From Acidobacteriota bacterium (GTDB taxonomy: Bacteria; Acidobacteriota; UBA6911; RPQK01; JAJDTT01), in contig OZ253580.1 of assembly GCA_965263035.1 (NCBI GenBank), positions 928,001-992,000 of the forward strand: a DNA stretch of 64,000 bases, in the 5' to 3' direction. Every line of letters begins with the position of its first letter. Positions within the stretch are counted from its first letter, which is position 1. A program made the translations under genes and the position numbers. Of this stretch, positions 28,311 to 38,160 are shown piece by piece. Below the pieces are notes generated by a model. It worked only from the letters and a program-made list of their open reading frames with translations, made no database searches and was not told where the DNA came from.

Positions 28311-30395
28311 TCAGAGCTGAATCACCACCAGGGTGTAGGTTTCCAGCCGGGGCAGCGTGAACCGGATCCGATTCCCCTCGGCTCGGAACTTGAGGTCGAG
28401 GATCTCTCCCCCGTCGGGGGACAGGGTGTAGACTTTCCGGACCTCCCCCTCCCCTGACTTGAGGTTGATCTGCAGGTCCCGGACCAGCGGATTCTCTTCC
28501 ATTCCGTAGTTGACCAGATGCAGGAGCAGGCGGTTCTCCCGCTCCTGGCTCAGCAACTCGGCGGTGACGGTCATCGGCCCCTCGATCTCCAAGAGCGGGT
28601 CGCCGCTGCCGGCCCATCGGACCGACTCCACCAGTTCCTTCCAGTTGACGGGAAGGTGCCAATACCGGCTGGTCATGGGCTCCGCGGCCGGTTTCTCGAC
28701 GACCGGTTTCACCTCGGGCAGGTAGACCACACGGCCTTCGCCTTCGCGGCGCCGCACCGGGTCGATCCGCAGAATCGACTCGGGCTGCCGGGGCCAGGGC
28801 ACGAACTCCGGAGCGTGGACCGCGAAGAGATCCGCCAACCCGAAGTCACGGCGGCGGCTTCTCCGGGGTGTCAACAGGGAGGTGTGCTCGGTGGCCACCA
28901 ATCCCCCTCCCCTCTTTACAAAAGCGCGGATCCGTTCCATCTGTTCATCGCCCAAGCACTCCTGATCCGCCAGGACCAGAACCCGGTAGCGGGAGAGATC
29001 GGAAAGATGGCGGTCGAAGATGATGTCGAAAGGGACCTTGGCCTGGATCAGGGCCTGTTCGAAGAGAAAAGTGCTCTGATAGGGCCGATCGTTGTTGAAG
29101 GCCATGGTGGCGTAGGAGTGGAGCACGGCCACGTCGGCGGCGCTCTCGGGCTTCCGGTAATAGTCGAACCGGTCGCGGTAGAAGCGAATATAGCGCCTCT
29201 GTGCCGGGGGTGGATCGGGGTACTCCTGGATGCCTCCCACCATCCCCAGGCAACCCCGGTTGTAGGCCATGGCTTCGGCCACCGTCAGTGGAGTCCGGAA
29301 GGTGTAGCTGAAGATCTTGTTCCCCAGGCCGGTGGCCGTCTTGTAGCTCCGGATCTTTGAGAGCAATACCCCTTCGGGGCTGATCCCGGCCTCGTTGCCC
29401 TCTTCCGTCCAGACGATGTCCGTATGCTCCAGGAGACGAGGGAAGTCCACCCCCTGCTCCCAGATGGTGTTCACGCCCGACATGCCGGAGTGAGGGTTGT
29501 TCTCCACCGCCACCAGAGGATTGAGACTGTGGACGTACTCCTTCATCTCCCGGTAGTAGTCGGTCAACTGATGGCAGCGGAAGTCGGCCCACTCCTGGAA
29601 CAGGGGATCGGTGATGGTGGAGAGAGGGGCCTCGTGCGCCGGCGGGGTGACGTAACGGAGATCGTTGAAACCCAGCCGCCGTTTCAGGTTCTCCGGGGAG
29701 TATTTGCTCTTGAGAAACTCCCGGAAGTCCTGGATGGCCATGGGATGGAAGAATATGGGCCTGCGGGCCTGGGTGCTGGTGTTGTCGAAGTGGATCAGGT
29801 CCACTTCGAAGTCCTCCACCGCCATGCGGACCACGTTGCGGATGTATTCCTTGTAGCCGGGATGGGCGAAGTAGACCCGTTTCCGGAAGGTCTGGGTGCG
29901 CCCGTAATGGACCGGTTGTCCCAGGTAGTCGGGCACGAACCAGGCTTCGGCCTCCGGCTTCTCCAGCAGGAAGGTCTCGTAGGCCACGGTGCTCCCCACG
30001 TACACGCCCACCCGGATGCCGCGCTTGCGGCACAGTTCGGCCAACTTGCGGGCGTAGGCCAGATGCTCAGCCTCGGCCTCGAGCCCGAAACCCTTGTAGA
30101 AGTGGATCACGGCCATGGTGACGCCCAGTTCCTTCAACTGGAGAACCCGCTCCTCGGTGTGGGCCTGCTCGTACGCCTCATCGTGCCAGGTCTTCAGGCT
30201 GCCCACCCGCCGCCGAAAGAGAGGCATGTCGTCCCAGCCCCCCACGATGATGATGGGCTCCTCGTCGAGCCAAGCGGGTCTTTCCGAACCTGCCGCCGAT
30301 GGCGGAGCCTCATCCGGCCCGTCTCCCGGTCCGCACGAACCGGCAAACAACAGAGCCAGAACCGCCATCAGCCCCGTCATCGCGCCAACTTCCAT
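28311..30395 (-). CDS. Putative lipoprotein glycoside hydrolase-like TIM barrel with beta-galactosidase trimerisation (GATase-like) domain
   Basis: RBS AGGAAGG before ATG 30395; possible lipobox LFAGSC; DLIHFDN; YRVLVLADQECL...FVKRGGGLVAT. Confidence 0.7.
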   Translation of the reverse strand: MEVGAMTGLMAVLALLFAGSCGPGDGPDEAPPSAAGSERPAWLDEEPIIIVGGWDDMPLFRRRVGSLKTWHDEAYEQAHTEERVLQLKELGVTMAVIHFYKGFGLEAEAEHLAYARKLAELCRKRGIRVGVYVGSTVAYETFLLEKPEAEAWFVPDYLGQPVHYGRTQTFRKRVYFAHPGYKEYIRNVVRMAVEDFEVDLIHFDNTSTQARRPIFFHPMAIQDFREFLKSKYSPENLKRRLGFNDLRYVTPPAHEAPLSTITDPLFQEWADFRCHQLTDYYREMKEYVHSLNPLVAVENNPHSGMSGVNTIWEQGVDFPRLLEHTDIVWTEEGNEAGISPEGVLLSKIRSYKTATGLGNKIFSYTFRTPLTVAEAMAYNRGCLGMVGGIQEYPDPPPAQRRYIRFYRDRFDYYRKPESAADVAVLHSYATMAFNNDRPYQSTFLFEQALIQAKVPFDIIFDRHLSDLSRYRVLVLADQECLGDEQMERIRAFVKRGGGLVATEHTSLLTPRRSRRRDFGLADLFAVHAPEFVPWPRQPESILRIDPVRRREGEGRVVYLPEVKPVVEKPAAEPMTSRYWHLPVNWKELVESVRWAGSGDPLLEIEGPMTVTAELLSQERENRLLLHLVNYGMEENPLVRDLQINLKSGEGEVRKVYTLSPDGGEILDLKFRAEGNRIRFTLPRLETYTLVVIQL

Positions 30396-30469
30396 CACCT
30401 TCCTCACTTTCCAACGCGGATTGAACAAGAACAGCTTCGAATTCCTCTCGGACTGCCGCAATTCGATCG

Positions 30470-30680
30470 TCCGCAGGATCCGATAGCTTCCCGCCTCCGG
30501 GTCGTAAGACAGGATTCGGGCCATCTCGTCGCCGGCGCCACTAGTCCCGGAGGTCTTTCCATCCCTCGTTCGTACCAAGCCGCGGACCCGATACTGGAGT
30601 AGGGATTTGCTCAGTTTCCGGATGGTGAGACTCTTCGTGTTCAGCCGAAACAGATAGCCGTCGGACGTCCCGCCGTAGCG
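30470..30680 (-). pseudogene. Remnant of a beta-propeller gene, in frame with the downstream CDS
   Basis: Reads YGGTSDGYLFRLNTKSLTIRKLSKSLLQYRVRGLVRTRDGK...DEMARILSYDP with no start codon; lies next to the IS1182 remnant. Confidence 0.5.
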
Positions 30681-30739
30681 GATTTCCGCCGCTTCCGACC
30701 ATTACATCCCGCGTCGCCTCGTTCCGGAGCGGCTGCTAG

Positions 30740-31463
30740 GAGCCTGTGCCGTGGAAGATCTGTAGAACGACGCGGGCTGTTGGCCCTCGCTTCGACGAAT
30801 TGTGCCGGAGAAGTATCTTCTGGTCAGTACGAGGGAGGAACGCCCGAGGCTCCACAAAATCGACGGGAAGACCCGTTCCGACCGACGCTGACCGGGGTGA
30901 AGGGCTCTCCTTCGGTCCGTTTGTGGCCCATTTCCCGTGAAAAGCTTCCTCGTTACGCCGCCATCAGGGATTGGACGCGTTTCACTTTCGGCGCCAGACA
31001 CACCAGATCCCACTCCCCTTGCACCTTCCCCAGTCCCCGAACGCTGAAGCGCCGAAATCCCAGCCCCTCTTTGATCCAGCCGTGCCGCGCTTCCGAGATC
31101 CATTTGCGCCTGCCGTAGATGGCCCGACCCGTCTCCGTCGCCAGCTTCTTCGCCATTCGCCAAGTCGCCGGAGTCGTCTCCGGACCGCCCCGCTTGGTTG
31201 GCGTCTTCCCCTCTCGTCCGAGTGCGACACACCCCTCGATCCGCCGGTCTTCCAGTTCGGCCAAGTCCCGCTCGTTGCTGTAGTCCGAGTCTGCCAGATC
31301 GCTCACGTGGTGCGCTAGATGGCCCTCCGGTAACCAGTCCCGCAGGTCCGGCGGCAACAGCAGCTTCTGCTTCGGGCGGTAGGGGCGAAACGTCGTTGGC
31401 ATCCAGCACCTCCGTCGTCTATTCTCCCATCATCGTAAGACGCTGTTTCTCCGGCGCAGGCTT
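30740..31463 (-). mobile_element. Internally deleted IS1182-family element
   Basis: Imperfect TIRs GAGCCTGTGCCG / AAGCCTGCGCCG flanked by CTAG / CTAA; contains a collapsed transposase. Confidence 0.75.
30953..31402 (-). pseudogene. IS1182-family transposase, N- and C-termini fused after internal deletion
   Basis: LLPPDLRDWLPEGHLAH (N-terminus) joined directly to ADSDY...GWIKEGLGFRRFSVRGLGKVQGEWDLVC (C-terminus). Confidence 0.85.
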
Positions 31464-31551
31464 CTAATCCGAGTCTTTCCTGCTCTGGGGCAAGGTCCGT
31501 TTCGATCCAGGGCAATGAATTGCGGAGTCCTGTCCCCCCCCATATCCTGGA

Positions 31552-32436
31552 TCAGCTCCAACGGCCGGGCGAAATGCCCGCGGCATGCCTCGCCATGTTG
31601 TCCGGGCGGTTCGGCAGATCGAAATCGATGTTCCTCGTGTTGAGGCTCCTGAAATATTTTTGGACGGCCTGAGGGAGACCGGCCACGTTCTCCGGATCGC
31701 GCTCCGGAACGTCTTCTATGGGACCCGCCCAAGTGGGCCGGTAGGCGATGGCCAACATGCGGCGAGTCCGGTCACTGTAGTTGGGAAAGTTGGCGTGAAA
31801 CACCTTCTGGTTGATGATCGCCGCCGAACCGGCCCGGCAGGTCACCATCAACTCATCGTCGTGGGAAAGATAGCGGTTGTAGGGGTTGGCATCGCGGTGG
31901 AGCGAAAGGTGGGAGCGCGGGATCACCTTGAACGGGGAGCACTCCGGAGTGAGATCGTCCAGGTAATAGAGGACGCGGACCAGACAGGGCGAGCTGGCCT
32001 GGACTCCGAATATCTTGGAGCCGTAGGGCTGGGAATCGGTGTGAATGGCGATTCCCGGGTGGCCCGGCCTGGATTCGGTGTACGTGCAGGAGGTGCAGAT
32101 CAACTCGTCGCCCAAGAGTTCCTCCAAGAACTCTACCGTGGCAGGAAGGGCGATCACCGACGTAGCTCGAGGCGAGTCGGTCCACTGCAGATTGGGACGG
32201 CTTCGCTGATGGTCGCTGTAATCGGTCGGCCTGGTCGTGACTCTGGAGGTCTCCCGGCGGATTTCCTCCATCAGTTCCTCGCTCAGCAGATCCGGAATGA
32301 CGACGAAACCCTCCAACTCGATGGAACGAATCTTCTGGGCGCGGGTCAGACCGTACCAATGGCTATCCGGGACCCGGTTCGCCCGCTCCAGACTTTCTCG
32401 AGTGTTGGTGAAAGATGCGTCCATTTCTCTATCCAT
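31552..32436 (-). CDS. Phytanoyl-CoA dioxygenase (PhyH) family Fe(II)/2OG oxygenase
   Basis: EGFVVIPDLL, HTD, YYLDD, IPRSH, FHAN...R; RBS GGAGGGAGG. Confidence 0.85.
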   Translation of the reverse strand: MDREMDASFTNTRESLERANRVPDSHWYGLTRAQKIRSIELEGFVVIPDLLSEELMEEIRRETSRVTTRPTDYSDHQRSRPNLQWTDSPRATSVIALPATVEFLEELLGDELICTSCTYTESRPGHPGIAIHTDSQPYGSKIFGVQASSPCLVRVLYYLDDLTPECSPFKVIPRSHLSLHRDANPYNRYLSHDDELMVTCRAGSAAIINQKVFHANFPNYSDRTRRMLAIAYRPTWAGPIEDVPERDPENVAGLPQAVQKYFRSLNTRNIDFDLPNRPDNMARHAAGISPGRWS

Positions 32437-32456
32437 CCTCCCTCCGTTCTTCCTAG

Positions 32457-32625
32457 GAGCCTGCGCCATCGGACGTTCTCAAGGCGAGACGATGAGAACC
32501 CATCCCTAACAACAACGTAAATACAGCCAAAATAATCGTCTCTCCCCTAATTTAGAACAAACTGTGACCCATTTTTGCCTCGGATAGGTCAATTTCCCCT
32601 ACTATTTTTTCTGCGGCGCAGACTC
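32457..32625. mobile_element. 169-bp MITE with IS1182-like ends
   Basis: TIR GAGCCTGCGCC / GGCGCAGACTC; CTAG direct repeats at 32453-32456 and 32626-32629; AT-rich interior. Confidence 0.75.
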
Positions 32626-32671
32626 CTAGCCACCTGAAACAGTCTCCTGTCTGTCACGTAGAGACTCGAGT

Positions 32672-33559
32672 TTAGAGTGGTGCTTCTGCGAGACCAATCG
32701 ATTCGGGGGAGACGACAGTCAGATCTTCTCCAAAAATGACCGTGCCCTGAAAGATCTCACGAACTTCCGAGATGACCTGTTCTCGCACTCCCGGCCTGTC
32801 GATCTGTCCCGTAATATGAGTCAGAACGACCGTTTTGACACCTGCGTTACGGGCCAGAGTGCCAATCATTCCAGGGCTCCCACAACCCCTCGCCATGGCC
32901 TCGTTGAACTCCGTCCCCGTGAGGTAGTGGCACATGTGAATGAGAACGTCAGCACCTTCCGAAAAGGAGACCATGCGATCGGTCGGACCTGAGTCTCCAC
33001 TGTAAACCAGAACGTACTCCTCCGTTTCCAATCGATAGGCCAAGCACCGCAGATACGGCTGAGCATGGGGGACTTCAATGACCCGAACCGTCCAATTGTC
33101 TCCCCGAAATTCGGATCCAGGCTCCGCCTCGGTAATGACGGGCCGCAGCCGTTCTCTCGTCCCCGTGCCGCCGCGGGCATGGTAGAGCGCCACACTGGCT
33201 TCGTTCTTGGTCCGGGCCTCCAAATCGGAATCGAAAACCCCGTCCTTATCAAACAGGGCTTCCAGGATTCGTTGGATCGGCCGAGGACCATAAACCTTCA
33301 ACTCCGGAATCTTCCCCGCCCCCTGATCCCAGCGCTGAAGAACATAGTGCGGAAGATCAGTGCAGTGATCGTAATGCCAGTGGGTCACAAAGAGTTGAGT
33401 GACCTCGGTCGGCTGTCTCCCCGTCTCGAGAAAACGCCGGTAGGAACCGGGCCCGCAGTCGAACACAAAAACTTCTGACGGCGTTTCCACCATGTAGCCA
33501 GAACCGGCACGCTTTACCGAGGGTGTCGGCGACCCGGTACCCAGTAAAGTGATTCTCAT
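32672..33559 (-). CDS. MBL-fold metallo-hydrolase (RNase Z/AtsA-like)
   Basis: LLGTGSP, THWHYDH, YSGDS, VLTH. Confidence 0.88.
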   Translation of the reverse strand: MRITLLGTGSPTPSVKRAGSGYMVETPSEVFVFDCGPGSYRRFLETGRQPTEVTQLFVTHWHYDHCTDLPHYVLQRWDQGAGKIPELKVYGPRPIQRILEALFDKDGVFDSDLEARTKNEASVALYHARGGTGTRERLRPVITEAEPGSEFRGDNWTVRVIEVPHAQPYLRCLAYRLETEEYVLVYSGDSGPTDRMVSFSEGADVLIHMCHYLTGTEFNEAMARGCGSPGMIGTLARNAGVKTVVLTHITGQIDRPGVREQVISEVREIFQGTVIFGEDLTVVSPESIGLAEAPL

Positions 33560-33865
33560 GCGGCTGCTCCCCTGCTGCTACGGACCAAGACCGGCCCTGA
33601 AAATTAGTTAGTGACGGATTTTCCCCTGGAAGATTAGCTCCTTCATGTCATAATGCAAAGATGGTACTGTATTTAATGAGAAATAAGGAACCCGCAATCA
33701 CACTGCCGTTTTCTTCCTCCCAGTTTTCCTATAAATTATCAGAGAAGTGAACCTTCTGGCCGAAGTCTTCTGGAGTGAGTCGGGGCGGGTTCCTTCCGGT
33801 ATTCTCGAACCAGACCCAAGACACTCCCGGGTTCAGTGACAGGAGTTTCCCCGAAGAGATCTGTA

Positions 33866-35026
33866 ATGTTGTTTTCTGCTGAGGAATATCAACATCGTCA
33901 GAACAGGATCCGAGGAGAATTAGAGGCTGTCCGTCTGGACGCCCTTCTGGTTAGCGGGGACGACAACATCACCTACTTTGCCGGCATCCGTTCCCTTCTG
34001 CCCCGCTTGATCCAGACCCGCCCTCTATTCGTTCTGATCCCCGTCAGCCAAGATCCGGTCGTACTGATTCACAATTCGCGAGTCGTCGACACCCGGGTCA
34101 ACTCGCCCATCTCAGAGCATAGGATTTATTCGACTTCCGAGGAAGTTCCCTACGGTTGTGCGCCCGTTGCCGAACTGACAGATCTGCTTCGAGCACGCGG
34201 TCTGGAGCGTGGCAGAATCGGCGTAGAGTTGGGTCATGACACCAGAATGGGGATGCCCGTTGGAGACTTCGAGCGGCTACGCGCGAGACTCCCGAACGCA
34301 CAATTTCGCGATGCCTCAGATCCAATTTGGAACGTGCGCATGCGAAAGTCACCCGCCGAATTGGAGTTATTGAAACGGTCTGCTGAGATCACGGGTGAAG
34401 CGCGGCAGCGGACATTCGCCCAGTTGAAGCCCGGCATGACGGATGGGCAGGTTCTGAATCTCTTCTTCCGGGAAATCCTCGAAGTGGGGGGTGACCGCCC
34501 GTCGTTCGGGTTTGTGGCGGCGGGTCCGCTGCAACCGGAAATTCCACTATTTGGAGTGCCCGCGGGCCGGCCGCTCGAAATGGGGGACCTCGTCTGTCTG
34601 GACGGAGGGTGCTGGGTGCAGGATTATAGTTGCGATTATGATCGCCTGGCCGTTCTAGGCCGCCCGAGTCACCGGCAGAAGGACCTGTACCAAAGGCTGC
34701 GTGATTTGAACGACAAAATGCTGGAATTATTTCGTCCCGGAGTGAGTACCGCCGAGGTCTACGCAGTTTATGTTGCAGAGTGTCGGCGACACAAAATTCC
34801 GAATCCAGGAGTCATTGTGGGGCATGGAATGGGTATGCTTCTCGGTGAGCCTCCCAGGGTCGCCCCCTGGGATGAAACGGTCTTTGAACCAGGAATCGTC
34901 TGTAGCAGCGAGCCCTATTTCCTGCCGGCGGATGGTCCTCTGGTCTGGGAGGACCTTTTGGTCATCACCGAATCCGGTCACGAGCTCCTGACGACGGAGA
35001 GTCCGGATCTGTTTGTGATCAATTAG
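33866..35026 (+). CDS. M24 family Xaa-Pro peptidase/creatinase-like protein
   Basis: RMRKSPAE, LDGG...YSCDYDR, GHGMG, EP, WED. Confidence 0.85.
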   Translation: MLFSAEEYQHRQNRIRGELEAVRLDALLVSGDDNITYFAGIRSLLPRLIQTRPLFVLIPVSQDPVVLIHNSRVVDTRVNSPISEHRIYSTSEEVPYGCAPVAELTDLLRARGLERGRIGVELGHDTRMGMPVGDFERLRARLPNAQFRDASDPIWNVRMRKSPAELELLKRSAEITGEARQRTFAQLKPGMTDGQVLNLFFREILEVGGDRPSFGFVAAGPLQPEIPLFGVPAGRPLEMGDLVCLDGGCWVQDYSCDYDRLAVLGRPSHRQKDLYQRLRDLNDKMLELFRPGVSTAEVYAVYVAECRRHKIPNPGVIVGHGMGMLLGEPPRVAPWDETVFEPGIVCSSEPYFLPADGPLVWEDLLVITESGHELLTTESPDLFVIN

Positions 35027-35267
35027 CCCCTCGCCGAAGGTGAAGAGATAGAGACTTGTTTCGAGATTACCATGGGCGCGATTGAGGACAGAATGATCCG
35101 AAGAGGGTTCTTGAGTGGCTGCCTCGTCAGTTTTGCATCCGGATGGGCCAACCGTCGAATCGCTGACGAGCCAACCCACCGACCCATAGTCGCCGAAGCC
35201 GGCAAGCTCCTGAGAATGAATAGATGATTCGGGAGAGAGTCTCTGTTTCCCGGGAGGCAGTGCGCTT

Positions 35268-35591
35268 GTGAAAGCGAAGACGGTCCGGATTACCGTGTTG
35301 CGCAAAACCTTCAATCAGGATTTCGTCGATGCCTACACGGAGGGCTTTGAGTGGAAGCCACGTGGTTGTTGCCATGACTTCGTAGTGGGCCAGGAGTTCT
35401 TTTCGGATGGACACATGCCTGACGGCTTCAGCGATTGGGCGTGGACGGACATCCAGAAGTATGTCGTGGTTCTGGCCCGGGGAGGCAACATGGTCGGTGT
35501 CAAACCTGGGGTCTTCGTGACTTGCTGCACGGACGGTTTCAGACCCGTGTTCTTCAAATTGGAGCGGGTTGAGGAGGACGAATCGTCTTGA
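35268..35591 (+). CDS. TIGR04076 family protein
   Basis: VRITVLRK, F.VGQEF, WAWTDI, CCTDGFRPVFFKLER. Confidence 0.8.
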   Translation: MKAKTVRITVLRKTFNQDFVDAYTEGFEWKPRGCCHDFVVGQEFFSDGHMPDGFSDWAWTDIQKYVVVLARGGNMVGVKPGVFVTCCTDGFRPVFFKLERVEEDESS

Positions 35592-35649
35592 ATGGATAGT
35601 TACGGATAATGGAATGTCTGGCATCGATATCTGAGGGAGGGACGAATCG

Positions 35650-36681
35650 ATGAGTAAAGAACCAACAGCTGCGGACCACTTCGATGTCTCCAGGCCGGCG
35701 TGCGATTCAGCTGCCCAGAAGGGAGCTTTGTGGCTGAAGGCTCAAATGCGGGGTGACGGCTCGCTGCGTCACGCTTCAAGCCTGAGTGACTACTACAAAG
35801 TCTGCTACGGTCTGGCGGTGACCGGTCACAGTGCTGCCACGGAACGAATGCTCGACTACTTCGCCGGTAGATTTCTAAAAGAAAATGGAGATCTGGACGG
35901 AACAGGCTGCCCATGGTTCGAAGATTTTCGCATCTACGCCCATGGTTGGATCATCGCAGCGGCTATGTCAAGAGGCCGGTTCGATATCGCCTATCCAATC
36001 CTGAGATTCCTCTCGACTTTCCACGATAGCCGCAGTGGCGGGTTCTTTACGACCGCTGAAGGACGAGAGCAAGGGGACGGTTCTCAAGAGATCATGACGA
36101 CGGCTATGGCTGGGATTGCGTGCGTATGGGGAGGCCGATTGGACATGGCACGGGCTACGGGGCGCTGGATGAGAAACCTCTACGACGAGCAACCTGACCT
36201 GTCGAGTCGACTCTGTTTCGTCTGGCACCCTCGTGACGGACTCGTCGTAGACTTTCCTGACGATCAGGCTCGAGAATATTGCGTATCCACGTCGGAGGTA
36301 AGTCAACGTTATTACCAGTACGGTATTGCCGTTGCGTTTCTGACCTCCTTGCATGCTGCCACCGGTGAGCAGGAATGGTTGAAACTGTCTCAACGATTCT
36401 TGGAGGCAACCCGGTATTGCGCCGAGGATGTGTACCGCCAGCCCCAGAGCGGGAAGATTGGGTGGGGGGCGGCCTGGACGTATCGGTTGACGAGAGATCC
36501 CAGGGATCGTGGTATTGCGGAGGCTGTACAGGAAGGATTACTGACTCTTCAAAGCGAGAGGGGCTGGTGGAGCGTTCTCAATGTCTACGACTACGAAATG
36601 ACGAAGAGTCCTGAACCTTCTGCCGACATCACAGGGGAGTTTGTGGCTCATCTGGGAAATATAGAACTATCCTTGCAATAA
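35650..36681 (+). CDS. Hypothetical (alpha/alpha)-toroid protein (six-hairpin/prenyltransferase-like)
   Basis: WLKAQMRGDGS, SGGFF, LQSERGWW repeats; RBS GGAGG. Confidence 0.55.
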   Translation: MSKEPTAADHFDVSRPACDSAAQKGALWLKAQMRGDGSLRHASSLSDYYKVCYGLAVTGHSAATERMLDYFAGRFLKENGDLDGTGCPWFEDFRIYAHGWIIAAAMSRGRFDIAYPILRFLSTFHDSRSGGFFTTAEGREQGDGSQEIMTTAMAGIACVWGGRLDMARATGRWMRNLYDEQPDLSSRLCFVWHPRDGLVVDFPDDQAREYCVSTSEVSQRYYQYGIAVAFLTSLHAATGEQEWLKLSQRFLEATRYCAEDVYRQPQSGKIGWGAAWTYRLTRDPRDRGIAEAVQEGLLTLQSERGWWSVLNVYDYEMTKSPEPSADITGEFVAHLGNIELSLQ

Positions 36682-36762
36682 TAGTGGCGAGTCACGCTGC
36701 CGACCACCGAAGTATCTTCTCATCTTCCCCACCTGTGATATTCGTCTGAGCCAAATTTCGGC

Positions 36763-38031
36763 TCACCGCAGGGGATTGCCACTGCGTGTCTTGACCTCGC
36801 TCGCAGAGACCGGAGAAGTTTCTTGCGGCGAGCGGGAACGGTCATTTTCAGGAGTCAGCTGTTGGAGGATCTCAAACCGCCGGAACGACAATTCCGGCCT
36901 CCCGGCATCCCGATAGGCCAAGGCCAACTGGTAGTGGGCGGATTGGGACAATGGGTCAAGTTCGAGCGCGCGGTTTAAGGCTTGGATTGCCTCTTCATAG
37001 CGTTCTTGAGCCCGATAAACTCGTCCGCGCAACAAATAGATATCCGGATCGCTCGCCCGAATCTGCTCCGCTTCTTCCAGCTCTGCCAGCACCTGTTCGA
37101 AGTAAGGCTCCCCCTTACGGAAGAGGAATCCGGCCATTGCCGTAGAGACCATCACACCAGGGGGTAGAAACTCATTCCTGGCTTGGAGGACTTGAATGGC
37201 CTTATCCACCTGTCCCAGAGATTCGTAGGCCTGAGCCAGAGGCATATAGGCCTCCGCCTGAGAAGGGTTGCGGGCGATCAATTGGCGGAGAACAGTCGTA
37301 GCCCGTTCATAGTCACCCGCAGCACTATAAGTGCGTCCAAGGTGCGACACGAGATCCGTCGAATCGGGAATCGCCTTGCATCCTCGTTCCAGAATCTCAA
37401 TGGCCTCTCGCAACTCCTGTTCATCCCGAAATAATTCAGCCAGAACCAGATAGTTTCTTTCGACCTCAGGAGCCAGTCTCACCCCCAACTGGAGATGTTC
37501 GATTGCCTTTTGCCTCTGCTTGGTGTTGAGATAACTGATCCCAGCCACAGTGGCTGCGGCCCCCTTCAGATCAGGCCTTACCGCTTCATTCATTAGGATC
37601 TCAAGAGCATGGCGAAGGGCGCCCGAGTAAGCTCCGCCCTGGCTTTGCAAAATCGCCAATTCAAGCTTGGCTTCTGGAGCGGAATGAATCTCGGCCTCGC
37701 TCCTTAAGAACTGGCCCAGCTCCAGGTGGATCGCCTTTCGAGGGAGGTTCAGCCGGGAAAGGCGACGAAGGTAGTGGCGGGCTTTTCCCTTATCGCCCCC
37801 CAGGATACTCAGCTTGACCAAGTCCGAAAGAAACAGCGGGTGGTCGGGGCTCAGGGCTAACAGCCGGCTCATAAACTGCTGAGCTGTCGAGGACTCGGCC
37901 CCTTCCATCAGAGCCGACACCACCCGATCATGGACTTCGGGCGAGTCAGCGCCGGCCATCAATACCTCCTTTAGTACGGCCAGCCCTTCCCGAGTGCGGC
38001 CCTGCGGGGAAGCCCCGCCGATTCGTCTCAA
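36763..38031 (-). CDS. TPR protein, possibly 5'-truncated
   Basis: TPR units (IYLLRGRVY, AHYQLALAY); no clear signal peptide or RBS. Confidence 0.7.
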   Translation of the reverse strand: MRRIGGASPQGRTREGLAVLKEVLMAGADSPEVHDRVVSALMEGAESSTAQQFMSRLLALSPDHPLFLSDLVKLSILGGDKGKARHYLRRLSRLNLPRKAIHLELGQFLRSEAEIHSAPEAKLELAILQSQGGAYSGALRHALEILMNEAVRPDLKGAAATVAGISYLNTKQRQKAIEHLQLGVRLAPEVERNYLVLAELFRDEQELREAIEILERGCKAIPDSTDLVSHLGRTYSAAGDYERATTVLRQLIARNPSQAEAYMPLAQAYESLGQVDKAIQVLQARNEFLPPGVMVSTAMAGFLFRKGEPYFEQVLAELEEAEQIRASDPDIYLLRGRVYRAQERYEEAIQALNRALELDPLSQSAHYQLALAYRDAGRPELSFRRFEILQQLTPENDRSRSPQETSPVSASEVKTRSGNPLR

Positions 38032-38160
38032 TTCCAGCCCTAAAACGGGACCTCCGGATGGGACGTAGCTTGTCTGGGGAGGTCGCCAACGGGTTGCGCC
38101 CTAGAGGGTAGTTTCAGTATCGTGGCCATCATATAATTTATACATCGGAGGCGACGCGTC

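Noticed and set aside
30396-30578. Apparent N-terminal extension or domain fusion of the 755-aa ORF
   Set aside because: Better explained as an in-frame remnant of an upstream gene; the RBS and signal peptide point to a start at 30395 or 30380
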